A stretch of DNA of 59,123 nt, counting the filler, from Sphacelaria rigidula (lineage: Eukaryota), in assembly GCA_964200075.2 (NCBI GenBank). It is 9 parts of 9 records of this genome, joined end to end, with 100 filler letters (N's around TTAATTAATTAA, not from the genome) between each part and the next. Parts side by side here need not be neighbours in the genome. Positions count along the whole stretch, not along the records: positions 32,904 to 39,383 come from CAXNAA020019826.1; positions 39,484 to 45,963 come from CAXNAA020019827.1; positions 46,064 to 52,543 come from CAXNAA020019828.1; 6 more parts are not named here. One strand, written 5' to 3'. A program made the position numbers and the translations under genes. The notes under the pieces were generated by a model. That model made no database searches, was not told the DNA's origin, and was given only the letters and a program-made list of their open reading frames with translations. Of this stretch, positions 38,591 to 51,300 are shown in pieces (the first letter of the stretch is position 1; each line of letters opens with the position of its first letter).

Positions 38591-39383
38591 ATGGTCAGAG
38601 CCGTGAGGTGTAACTGCAAATGAAAACCTCCAGAAAACACACGGGACGCACGAGCTACGGCAGCGATTCGAGATGTTGTAACTCGCTGATAGTCGCGATC
38701 CCCGTATCCCGTAACTCACACACCTCGGTCTTACTCCACACCCCACTACTGTTATGGGCGCGCCTGATCCCCCAAAATGAGCCAAAAAAGTGTCACCGAC
38801 CAAAAGCACGAACAGACCGGAGATCTCGTTCATCCCCTGATTATGCACGCCGTAAAATCCTCCCAAGGACCTGTGATTTGAGTGGGGTTTCCACTCGACG
38901 ATTTCCCATTTTCGTTGTCCCGGGCTGCGAATCACGGCGTACCTAGGCTACTCACCGGCGTGTATTTGTCCAAGCTACAATCTGGAAAGATTGTGGAACC
39001 AAAGGAGTTGTGGTGATCGAGAAAATCGCAAAAAAAACATTTTTTTCCACTTAATTTGTTATAAAACTCGAATCCCGATGAGATAAAAAAAAGTGTTAAC
39101 CGAGTTTTTAGCTGCCGTCTTGGCGCAAATGATGCAAAAAATCGCGTCCCAATCGATGGCCTTGACAATGAGTAATTGGGGCAACCGTTTGGGCTACGGG
39201 CGCAAACCAGCACCTCCAACCCTCGCCGGTTTTCACGACATGCGAACACGTCACCCCTGTCCGACGGCCTCAGAATAGATTACACTCATGGATGACTCTT
39301 GATACTGCAGATGGTTGATACATCACATGTGTGGAATGTTCGGCAGGTAGGTGTAGAATTGAACCTTTGACCAAACCCCTAGA

Positions 39384-39483
39384 NNNNNNNNNNNNNNNNN
39401 NNNNNNNNNNNNNNNNNNNNNNNNNNNTTAATTAATTAANNNNNNNNNNNNNNNNNNNNNNNNNNNNNNNNNNNNNNNNNNNN
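39384..39483. other. Artificial contig linker 6
   Basis: 44N-TTAATTAATTAA-44N. Confidence 0.98.
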
Positions 39484-40313
39484 GGGCTGTGTTATAGTAT
39501 GTGAAAGAAAAAGGAGGGTTAGCTGCTCTATTTCATGTTCATGTCCGGGCTGTGTTATAGTAGGTTAAAGAAAAAGGGGGTTTGCTTCTCTATGTCATGT
39601 CTATGTCCGGACTGTGTTAGAGTAGGTTAAAGAAAAAGGAGGGTTATCTGCTCTATTCCATGTCTATATCCGGGTTGTGTTATAGTATGTTCAATAAAAA
39701 GGAGGGTTACCTTCTCTATTTCATGTCCATGTCCGGGCTGTGTTATTGTAGGTTAAAGAAAAAGGAGGGTTAGCTTCTCTATTTCATGTCTATGTCCGGG
39801 CCGTGTTACAGTAGGTTCAATAAAAAGGAGGGTTATCTTCTCTATTTCATGTCTATGTCCGGACTGTGTTACGGTAGGTTCATGAAAAAGGAGGGCTATC
39901 TTCTCTATTTCATGTCTATGTCCGGGCTGTGTTATAGTAGGTTAAATGAAAAGGAGGGTTATCTTCTCTATTTCATGTCCGTGTCCGGGCTGTGTTATAG
40001 TAGGTTCAATAAAAAGGAGGGTTACCTTCTCTATTTCATGTCCATGTCCGGGCTGTGTTACAGTAGGTTCAATAAAAAGGAGGGTTATCTTCTCTATTTC
40101 ATGTCCATGTCCGGGCTATGTTATAGTAGGTTAAAAAAAAAGGAGGGTTACCTTCTCTATTTCATATTTATATCCGGGCTGTGTTACAGTAGGTTAAATA
40201 AAAACGAGGGTTATCTTCTCTATTTCATGTCCATGTCCGGGCTGTGTTATAGTAGGTTAAATAACAAGGAGGGTTACCTTCTCTATTTCATGTCTATGTC
40301 CGGACTGTGTTAT
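39484..40313. repeat. 63-bp minisatellite, ~13 copies (open at the contig start)
   Basis: consensus gggctgtgttatagtaggttcaataaaaaggagggttatcttctctatttcatgtctatgtcc; translates as a 21-aa repeat. Confidence 0.95.
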
Positions 40314-41417
40314 GATGGGGTAATAAATTGTGTTCCCGGGGGGAGACCATTGGATTGTTCAATTTCCATCCTTTCGTGTATGTCGGTCCGGAACGTTTTT
40401 TAGTGGCGGTCCCCGGTATATGTATGGTGGCAGTCTGTACATATGTTTAGGTTTTGGTGGCTTGTTTTACAGCGCCATTGCCACTTGACGCCAACCCCAG
40501 AGTCTAGAGGTGAGGGGGGGAGTTGAGGGGGGGGGGTCGTGTGGGTTTAGGATTTTTTGTTTTGGACGCCCTTGGTTCAGCAGCCATCATTGTGCGGGTG
40601 TACCGCTGTGACAAGGCGGGCAGGATCTGTAGGAGGCTATACTTTCTAAAATACACCAGTCACCTTCCTTCATTTATTCCACCGTTGTTACGTGAACAGA
40701 TGTGATGGCAGGGAACAATTGGGGTGTAGGTAGAACCTGGGTTTGATTGAAGCCATCATTGAGAATCACGATGGACATTTGCTTTGTGCATGACACCCCG
40801 CACATGCAACGTTAGCATCCGCTCCGATTCGTGCAAGCATGCTGTGTTCCTCAATCGACTGCTTGTGATGGCGAAGCACCATGCGCCCCAACAATTAAGA
40901 TCCCGATAACCGATGTCTTGGGGTCTTGCGGGGGAAAAAAATGAATCTTGGTTATCCGAGAGGGAATTATGATGTGGTGGAATCTTCGTAATCCGACAAC
41001 AAAGAAATCGTTCAGTGCGCCGAAATGTTGCTTGTGCCCACCCGAAATTGTGTGGCGTGTGGTGGGCGAAGGAAACCACCATATTTTGCTGAACCATAGT
41101 ATGAGTGCAGTATGCAGCACATAGCAGTCATGTGCTTCCCAGTTTTCCGCGCGGCTGTAAACGTATCCCATGCTGTAGGTTCCGTTTACGGTCTGTACCA
41201 CGCATCACGAGTTTTGTGCAGTAGGAAGACGTGCAACTGGGTATCTTTCGTAGGGCCTATTGTACGGACTGCCTTGTGCCAAATATGCCGCAGTTATTGC
41301 TGCGACCCATGATAATAAATGACTGTTAGGGTTGGTTGACGAGGTGCAACTTCTGCCTGCATGTTCGACGTACCGTCGATGCGACAATCACTGTCCACCC
41401 CCGGCGCCGGGTCTTAC

Positions 41418-41758
41418 CCATGCTGCTCCTGCTCCCACCATGTACGCCATGGAGCGCAGGTGGGAAGGATTGGAGCGTAGCGGCAGTGCGCGTCGGCGAA
41501 GAGGGGCCGCCAGCTCCAGTAGCAGGAGCGGTACGCTCTCGCTGTGCACCCGGCTGTATGGCGGCGGAAGAGAGGACGGACGCGGCGCGGTCTAATCGTG
41601 ATGCCACTTCCGGCGATGATCCATCGCCAGGTATCGCCAGCGACGGCACACCGGTCGCCGGCGAGCGCCCACCGTCGTTGGCCTGGGGCATCCGCCGACG
41701 CAGTCGCCGACAGTCTGCCGCGCGAGGAGGAGGTAGCGGGGATATGATGCCAGGATTC
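41418..41758 (-). CDS. Candidate internal exon (341 bp) of an unknown low-complexity protein
   Basis: acceptor cctccccaacag|GAATCC, donor ATGG|gtaaga, open frame NPGIISPLPPPR...SRSSM, GC-rich. Confidence 0.35.
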
Positions 41759-43039
41759 CTGTTGGGGAGGCAACGGCCGACGTCACCCACCTCTACAGAA
41801 AAACGGCGTGCTGTGCAGTCCGACGTGCATACCCCCCGAAAGGCGGAAACGGGTGTCGCTGTCATGCGGAAAGAGGTTGTGGTGCCACGGACATGGAGAC
41901 CTCACGGCAGACCGTACCCGCAGCCGGGTATGTTATCAACAGCGTAACCAGTCCCCTCGTAACGGTACGGGACGCTTACAGAACCCTTGCGATTGTGGGA
42001 TGAGGCTCTGAAACCGTTACAGAATTTTCAGAACTGTCGGGTACCGATATGAATTTGTTGGGTACGGTAAATGATTGCCTTGTTGAGGTCATTGACGCAC
42101 TTGAACTGACCCCCCAGGGATTCGGCAGTGGTGGCGTGATGGACGCGCGCAAGACACAACAGAAGTCAACACCGACCCTGGAAACCATTACAAACAGCAA
42201 GAAATCAGAAGAGAGCTATATAATAGACCAAGACGTACAAATTATAGAGACAGAAAAGAAAAAATCTAAAAAGGTAGTACATAACCGGGAAAATGCCTCG
42301 GGTATACAGGAAATCGTACCCCACAGAACACGACCTTGGAAAACTGCACGGCGACGACAGGAGGCGCGCGCAAGTCATGGACAATCGCCGCAGATTAGAG
42401 TATTTACAAACGTTCCCGACGGTAGTGAACATTGCGAGTGACATAGAGCAACTTGACGCTGAAATATCACCGGATTGAAGATGCCACACCACTGTCGTGC
42501 GCTCTTCTTACTGGGACTGGCGCAGGTAATGGAGAGTTTCGGAAAAAAAAAACTGAACTCAGGGATAAACAGCGAGAAACGACTGGATTGTTTACGCTCA
42601 AACCCATGGTTTGTTTTTATTTCATTCACCACGTAGGTGTGGACCGTGGCAAACTTTCCAGGGCTTTGTATTTTCTGCTCCGGATGCTACGTGGTCGGTG
42701 TCATGAGTTCAAAAGGTACAAGTCGCGCCGTGCTTTTCTGCGCTTGAACTCTGCCCCCATCCATGTGGTGTTACCCGTACAGCGCAGGAGAGTACATACA
42801 GAGCGATGCTACCATAGGTTGGGTGTTGATTCCAGGTTTCCAGATTCCAGGGGGAAAAGACTCAGAGATGTTTCGGACAAGCCGACACACTCGCCGTGCG
42901 CGTGTATTTGGGTAAAATGGCGTTAAGCAGTATGAATGAGCGTTATTTATCGGCAACACGCCCGTTCTGAAGATCGTTGCTCCTGAAATCGATTCGAAGT
43001 TGAATTTAGTGGAAGCAACGGCCCACGATACCCCCTGTC

Positions 43040-43322
43040 CTATCCTAGCATGACTTTAGTTGTTTATGCTGTCTCCGTGCCGTTGAATACGCGACAGCAG
43101 TATATTCGACTTAACGGTCGACGAGGGAAAATGACTGCTGGACCCCTCTCGCGATAAAATACAAGGGCAAGTACCGCAGAAGAAAGATGGAGTACTGAAA
43201 ACAAACAAAATATGAAAAAGCTTCTGTGCTGGCCCTCCTCCTGTGTGACCTCGGCTGGTGCGCCCACGTATACCGCGAGGTGTAGACCGGCGTCCAGCAT
43301 AGATGGGACGACAACTCACACA
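43040..43322 (+). repeat. Interspersed repeat (same family as 1-73); left boundary approximate
   Basis: shared 3' ~70 bp with the contig 1 start. Confidence 0.55.
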
Positions 43323-43668
43323 GTATCGTCAACATAGCCTCCGGATACGAACCCGGCACAGTACACAGCGTTGGGTTCAAGGGCAGTGCACCTTGGCGCC
43401 CGAAAGTCATTCACAAGTCCTGCACATGTCGGTGTATCGTACAGCACTTTTGAGTTGAGACAGCTTGGATTTTTACTGTTGTAGTACTGTTGTTGCACTG
43501 ACTGTGCTGTCTGTAGACAGTTTTGTATGCTCCCTGTAGTAAGTGTTGTGTACTGTACTACTGTTTGTAGTAAAAGTGTGAGCATGCCCGTGTGTGTACG
43601 TTTGCATACTATGAGAAAGTACAGTAGTTCCCGATGAAGGTTCACTATACGCAGTAATCCTATCTGCG

Positions 43669-43934
43669 TGGAGGCGAACAGGGGAACAGAGACACCTGTC
43701 GACCTGGCTAAAGATGACGTGGAAGGGCTGAAGTGGGCCACTCATGCAGACGCTACGAGGATCTCGACAAAATGGCCACACAACGGTGGTGTACCTGCGC
43801 GAGCGAACGCAAGCTTCACGTTGGGTGGCCACTTTGTCAAGTCCTCGTAGCAGCTGCTTGAGCGGCCGACTCCCGCCCTTTCGCATCACCATAAGCCAGG
43901 TCGACTGGCGTCTCGGCTCCTCCGTTCGCCTCCA
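43669..43934. repeat. Diverged inverted duplication (117-bp arms, 33-bp loop); potential hairpin RNA
   Basis: arm 43669-43785 vs reverse complement of 43819-43934, ~80% identical by manual alignment. Confidence 0.85.
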
Positions 43935-45963
43935 AATGCTCCTCGTAGTCTTCGTTCACCCTCGTGAACGAGCTGTCATCACCAGCGCTGTCGCGGGCGT
44001 CCACGGCATTCGCCATCGCCTCACTTACAATATTTGTCCTACACACGGTACGACTGTGTTCTGTAAGCTTGGTCGTTACGGGGCAGGGTGTCTAGTTCCG
44101 TTTCATACCCCTGAGTATGGCATCAATCCTTTGGGCTGTTCAGCAACTCAGGGTTTATTTGAAAATTTGAAAATTGATCCTGAGTTGCTGCGCCTGTCTC
44201 TTCTCAGGGTTCAGTTTTCGGGGTTTACCTAGGGAAATTCGTCATATCCTGGCCTTGAATCCCAACTTTTAAAATAATCCCTGAATTTTTCCTCATCCCT
44301 GAGTTTTGATCGGTGTTTCCGAATTTCTCTATTCACGTCGGGCAGGTCTGACGCTTTACTGGTTGTCCATGGGACGAATGGCGCCGCACGATGGCAGGGC
44401 GTGACGGTTGACGGCAGGAAGTGCGGCCGTACGGACGGGGGCGATGAAGTAGAGGCATTTGTGTGGGTGCGTAGGCGGGTAGAGGCGAGGGTTTTCATGT
44501 AGCGCAATGGCGCCGCCGTGCAAGGGCGTCGTCAGTATTGTTGGAGCGATGCTGTACGGTTAATCAGGTTGTATCACTCATCGAGCGGTGCGATGCATTG
44601 AGGGTTAGGGCGGCAGGTTTTCACGGCACGCAGTGGTGGAGAGATGAGCGCGAGGGATGTCGGGGTATGCAAAACCTCTGTCGCGTTTCGCGTATTATAT
44701 GACCGTGCGGCGTGCACGGCTCGCGACTGCCAAGCGATGGCGTGCGCACCGACAATCCGCTGTCTTTTTTTCTTTTCCTTATTCTCGTTGTATTGTTACC
44801 AAATTTATTCGACTTTATTTTCTGATTTGGTATCGCCTCTGTGTTATATTTTCTTTGCTATATTCGTTATACGAATATTTATTGGGAAAAAACCCCCCCC
44901 AAACATGAGTACGCCCCCCCCCCCCACCCCCCATGTTTGGGTTCGTTGTCTTTCACCACGGGAAGCGTCCGCGTGATATGTCCGGTACAGAGCAATGCCC
45001 TGATGTCTGTGCGGTTTTAACTGTGAAAACAACAAAAGCAACAACTACAACGACAAATTGGGCGCATGAATCGTACTTTACCAACAATCCACATCCCCGC
45101 GACTATACAAAGACCCATCAACATTCTGATTGCCACAAATATTGGGTACCGACCATTGGGGGGTCATGCAAATGCGAGACGCCAACGTTCCCTCCGGGAG
45201 CAATGCCACGGTAGGGGTGCCTTCTTACGCAGAATCTTGTCTGGCTCAGGGGCTTTGAACGATTGTACATGCAGAGGGATATGGGTCACGGCATCCCCGT
45301 TTGCAAATTCATGCGGGATATTCCTAGCACATTGGGAAATAATCTCGGCGTACTCTCACATATTTCAATTGTCGTGTTTTGGGTAAGGTAAAGGGGTCCT
45401 GACAGTTCTAAAATCAGAAACAAAAAATGTGAACCCCTGCCGTAGTGTATTCATGCTGCGATGCGAAGCGATGCCGAAGTCCCCACGAAAATGCCGCATG
45501 TACCTCGACTGTATTTTTCCCTCACATGGCGCCGAGGGTATCAAAGTTCTCTGTAGCCCACCGCCGCCGGAATAAACGGTGAGAAGACCCGTGCGTCGTC
45601 TTTGCTTCAAATTTCCTGTTACAGTCTATTGCACTGCACAGTACTGTCACCGTACACGATGCCGCCACGGGCTTCAACATCTTACGCAACGTCTATGCAG
45701 TAGATGTCGGTCACAACCACCTTGATCGCGGAAGACACGGCCCAGGGTGTTGCAGGGACTTCACCAGCAGTACGGGTGGGCATTACTGCCGCCAGATATT
45801 TTCTCACTGCCCACGCTTCCTGTTTGTCCCCGCGACATTCCGCAGTGTGACCCCCCCTTTCAACGCCTATGCTCCGTCTCGAGAGGGATGCGTGGTCAAT
45901 GGTCAAATGACTAAGGCAAGCAACAAATGAGTACGCCACCCCCCCCCCGCGCCCGCCCACGCA

Positions 45964-46063
45964 NNNNNNNNNNNNNNNNNNNNNNNNNNNNNNNNNNNNN
46001 NNNNNNNTTAATTAATTAANNNNNNNNNNNNNNNNNNNNNNNNNNNNNNNNNNNNNNNNNNNN
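45964..46063. other. Artificial contig linker 7
   Basis: 44N-TTAATTAATTAA-44N. Confidence 0.98.
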
Positions 46064-46520
46064 GTGTCTAGAATCGTTAGGAGCCTCTAAACCAGACATA
46101 ATTTCGCGAAAAAAGTGCACCCCTACCGTAGCATTGCTCGTCTCCGACTCCGGAACAATCAGCCGTGTTCCCACAAAGTTAAGAATCACTTTGGTGGTTA
46201 CTCTGCTGTAATGTCGGCACTATGCTGTAGTGACTGTACTGTTGTACTGATCACCGTTCCGCCCGAAGTCAAGTCAGCTACGGTACTGTTGTAGTGAAAC
46301 GTGCCGGCAAGAACCCACTGTACTACAGTAAACAAGTAAAACCTGCACTTTGCACACACAGTACGGGGTATGTAGCTATTTGTAGGCGGGTCGAGAGGAA
46401 GCCTCTCATGTTGCGGCGGTGTGTTCGGACACTGCAATTACACGGGGTATATTGCTCTCCTGTTTATAGAGAACGTGACATATATTGTTCGCCGTAACCG
46501 TTCAAGTGTTTCACACACCG

Positions 46521-46768
46521 GACACTTTCTACGATAGCCTCCCCCCCAAAAGTGCATGGTTTTGGGAGGCAAAATCGTCCCGTAAATCGAAATGGGAAAA
46601 GCCGAGCACAACGAGAAGCTGGGGAGTCCCGCGCTTGGGTTCGTTCTAGCCGATGTCGCCAATATGAGGCGCTTCATGCAGCCTGAACTTGAACATCAGG
46701 CGCTGCATGACCATTTTTTTCGTGACATTTTTAGCTGGTTTTTGGGGAGGACTATCGTAGAAAGTTTC
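46521..46768. mobile_element. MITE family B, copy 2
   Basis: TIRs gacactttctacgatag / ctatcgtagaaagtttc; body matches 25091-25330. Confidence 0.78.
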
Positions 46769-47870
46769 ACCGACAGCACGCCACACACACGAGAGACCAT
46801 ATTATTATGAGTCCATCTTCGCTACACGCTGACGAGACGGACCGTAAATCCAATACGAAACTACTCATGACAGGAGACGACCTTGCGCTCAGTTCTCCTG
46901 TGAAGGTTCAATTGCTTTGTGGGGCTCAAGTAATACGCGCCGCAGAACTTCGGAGTGATGAAACGTGAGGAGTTCCAAAGAGCTGTCGAAAGTCGGTGTA
47001 CTGACGTTTGTGTAGATCAATGATGCTGCTGAACTGGCGGTTCCCAGAAGTCAACACAAAATTAATCTATAAACGAAGATCAAACCGAAACGTGGCCTAA
47101 AACCGCAGAGCAGAGTCTGTGGAAAAGACGAAGAAGAAGGAGAAGTAGAAGTGAACTTCGGGTGGGCTTGCGTCGATGCTCGATCGCATCCTGCTCGCCT
47201 TTGATCCTTTTATCCGTTCGCACGCACTTGAACCCAAATGTGTGACTCTATCCTTTGAAGAATCGTTCTACTCGGGAGTACCCCACAGGTATTTAGCTTT
47301 TACGTGCCCTAAACATACGGAAGCTCAAAATATCGTATCTTGCTTTGTTGTATTTTTTCTCAGATATACCCCAGATTCCCGAACCTGCCAGCCCGTCTAC
47401 TACAAGTTTATTTTTTACTTTTAATACTTCAACCTAGAACGCCCCGCCTACGTGTGTCCAAACCTTAGAGGTATGGCTCACAGTGCCTGGAAACACCATA
47501 GCACAATCCCTGTACCCCAGAATATAATTACTTTAAACTGTTTTCCCCCAATTCCCACACGTCCGCGTCTTGCTTTTCGCCTTAGAATTGGTTCAGTACA
47601 AAACCATAAAGCCTCCGAGAGATTGGCTCATCACATTAGCCCATTCTGTGAACCTAAGGTTCATCTTCTGCTCAGATAAATTCGGTGAGCAAACCAATAA
47701 TGAAGACCGCCAAGACTCTGGTGAGCCTCAATATTTCCACTGAGCAATGCTCCGGTAGGGGTTACACTTTTTGTTTCTGGGTCTCTTTTTTGTAGGAGCC
47801 CAAATGTATGGGGCTTACTTGTTGTTTTTTGTAGGAGCTCAAATATATGGGGCTTACTTGTTTTTGTTGC

Positions 47871-47906
<36 letters not shown>

Positions 47907-48399
47907 CTTCACATTAAAAAACNNNNNNNNNNAAAAAACCGTTCCGATAGCTGCGCGGTACATTCGTACTGGGCATCTGATGCGGACGCCTTCGGTGGTC
48001 ACAGTGCTACCCAAATCTCCGGGAACCGGACTCCCAGAAACATGTTCTTTGCACGTATGGGTCTTTTTGCGAATCGGTATCTTTTTCGGTCTTTTTCTAG
48101 TGAAAATGATGTCGATTCTCAAAATGACCCGTCCAACACACCGAGCAGCTCCGAGAAACGTTTTCGCTAAAACAGTGCAACCCCTACCGTAGCATTGCTC
48201 CACCTGGTACTCAAACCATCCACCCCGACTCATTAACCTGGAAAATAAAACTCGAAACAAAAATGTAACATCCTTTAATTTCCATACTTTCCGCACATGC
48301 TACCTCACAAATCGGTTCCCTTTATTGTCATTGCTGTCTGTGTTCAGCCCACACAATTACTTCAACAGTCAACTCCAAAGAAGAACAGAGAATAACATT

Positions 48400-51300
48400 C
48401 AGCCTAAGATAAGAAAATCAGCCAAAACACTTCATCGTTCTCCTGGCTTAGCTTCTTCTCCTTCTCGTTGTCGTGTACCAATGCCAAACCACCCCCAATC
48501 CTCTACATCTTCTGATGCCCGTCTTCAAATCCGATGATGGTCGATGGTCTCCCCTAGTCCTCTCCAGCTACAACGTGTGTGCAAACGTTTTCGATTTCCC
48601 TTGCTACACATGAAAATGCCAGCACCAATCCCCTACTTGGTTCCGGGAGGTGGTCAAGGTTTCCATCAAAAGATGAACGTTGTATCTCCTCCCGACGTCC
48701 AGCATCCTGAGGGTATGCGGGCGACTTTGCAACGCTGCATTCTCCTGGAGGCCCATTACTTACGCTGACTACCACCCTGCTTTCTGCATACGGAAATAGA
48801 TGTAGCATCCGACAAGTTGCGGATCTTAAACATTACGGTCATCATTAACGTTACGTCTGCGTTCGTAACCCTTAGCCATAAACATTTGTCCTCGCCCCCG
48901 CGCTTCCTCCCTTCTTGGCAAATTAGTACGATACTTACGATACTTTGCGTTGCCAGGCTTTTCCATTTTCGGATTACCCATCCAGTATGTCAAAATCACA
49001 CGACCGTATTGTTTGACCTCCTCCTCATGCTCCCACCTCGACCTCTCCTGATGTTCCCAATATAAGAAATATTGTGCGGCTAGTTTCCCCCCCAAACCGC
49101 GAGATAAACGGTGGCTTACAATTGTTGTGGGCTCCAGCCTGTACTTGTCTAACTCCACAGACACATCCTCCTCTGTCAGTGGTAACGAAGGTGACAGTTC
49201 CGAGTACTGATTCAACACATATTCACTTAGGCCCCAAGATAACGATTTAGGCGGCTTTGGATCATCTTTGGGATCGTAGCACCGTTTACATCTTAACACC
49301 GAAACTCGAGGACTCATAATTACTCCCGGCTCATTTTTCCGGAGTTCGGGCAGCAGTATTCTTTCTCCTACTACCTCTCCTTTTCTCAAAAGGCCTGGTC
49401 CTACCACCAAAATCTTATACGGTCCCTTCCATGAGTGAGACAGTTTAGACGATAAATATGTGTTTCCCCCATCTCGTACCGCACTTCCATCCGACATGAT
49501 GGTACCCTTGGTATCATGAACAAATACCCAGTTACCTACTTCCCACTTTGTTCGTCGATTTAGAGCTTTCTCCACCAGCTCATTCTTGGACTCATGTTTG
49601 GATTTTAGTAAACAGTATTCTTGCCTCACAAGATTGTATGCTGTGGTTTGACGATCCTTCATCAACTGTAAGTACTCCAGTTGATCCGCCTTCAATCCTT
49701 GGTGTCCGGACGCACCCCTTTTTTCCAGGATGGTCATGGGTATCCTAGGATACCTTCCAATATGCACCTCATTTGGCGCCAAACTTATTCCCTTCCTTAC
49801 ATAATTGCTGTCTGCAGAAATGGCGTGTAACAACATCGCCTAATCCAGAATTTCACACTACCCTTCATCCCAATCCACCAGTAATGCCATTTGAACAGAT
49901 ATAGCGTAATACCTTCCCCCAAATGAATGGCTTCTTTGTGGGTCTGGTCCATCACCCAAGGTCTCAACAACAGTGGCACATACGTCCTGGTTGGCTCTTC
50001 TCCCAAGTACCTCTCAAATTGTCCCGGATTTCCGTCCATTTGACTGGGCATTGCAGTCTGCGTTTTTACCAAAAAAAAAACTTCCGTCCGCTAGTTCCAT
50101 TTGCGTTCCATTTTTCAACAATCTTTTAAACTCGGATAAGTCAATTCGTATGGGGACACCCTTCTTCTGATCTTTAGTCAACACCTTCACTCGTTTGAAA
50201 AGAATATTCGATGACAGTCCTAGATGTGATTTCTTCCTGCTGTATGTGAGCCCAATCTGTTGCCGATTTCTGGCATAACTGTTCCCCAAAATTACAGGCT
50301 TCTTCCGCTTCCCGAGTCGGTGATGCCGATATTTGTGGCCCCACACTACTACTTCCTACTTCAGTTGTGGGTTCAATGGCCAACGCAGTCCTGTGTTTCG
50401 GAGGCTGTACCAACCTTCTCCCTATTTCCGCGGTCGGACATGCATTCAAGGTTAAACGCTGTTCCCATTGTCTACTATTCCTACGATGGGGATAAATCAA
50501 CGGAGAGTCATCCGGTACTACGTACGGAGGCTTGTCCACTATTTCTTTCCTATTCTACTTGCATCACTACCACCCTTCGCTCTTTGTAGCTCTATCCATT
50601 GTTGGTTAACTTTTTCGGAGGTCGTGAGCGGTGCTACGCGTACCTCTTTTCCCCCAATTTTGAAAATCGATGCAGGGTCCAGCCCATTCAAATTTGATTT
50701 ATGGGTACTCACTACGGATCCTACGTGTCCATCCCTGCCTGGTCGGACGTTTAAAACTGTTCGACCAAATTCCACTAGCACCAATAGAATAGACATCCAT
50801 GTCTCCCGAGTCCGTAATTTGGGCATCCCCAGACATATCATTATCATCTGGTGGCTGTGGTAGACGCGACAACATGTCAGCGTTTGCGTTAACCCGCCCT
50901 GGCTTGTACTTGATTTCGTAGGTGTACGCACTGAGGAACTCGTGTCAGCACTGAACTCGCGGAACGTTCTCTGTTAGGCTCAGCAAATTTCGCAACGGTT
51001 GATGGTCAGTATAAATCTCGAACGACACACCGTAGAAAAGCGGCCTGTTTTTTTTTGATGGCCCATACAATAGCCGCTGCCTCTAATTCGGACACACTCG
51101 AAGTTCTCTTGTTGGGGATTGTTCCTCTAACTAAAAAAACAAGAGATCGAGGTGTGTCATCCTCTTGAAGTTGTTCCACCAACGTGTCCAGACCATCCAG
51201 TGATGCATCCGTGGTAAGCATAAACGGCCGTTTCCCCGAAACTGCATCTTCATCATTTGGAAGTGCTAAAACGTTCGTGCCTGTCAAGGATGCTAACATT

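Larger units (their letters stand above)
33450..38650 (-). mobile_element. Degenerate tyrosine-recombinase retrotransposon (DIRS order, Ngaro-like): gag - RT - RNase H - YR
   Basis: Domain order and motifs as listed in the sub-features; many frameshifts; terminal repeats not identified. Confidence 0.9.

Noticed and set aside
39484..40313. CRISPR array or repeat protein
   Set aside because: Tandem units without unique spacers, no cas genes, and stops in several units.
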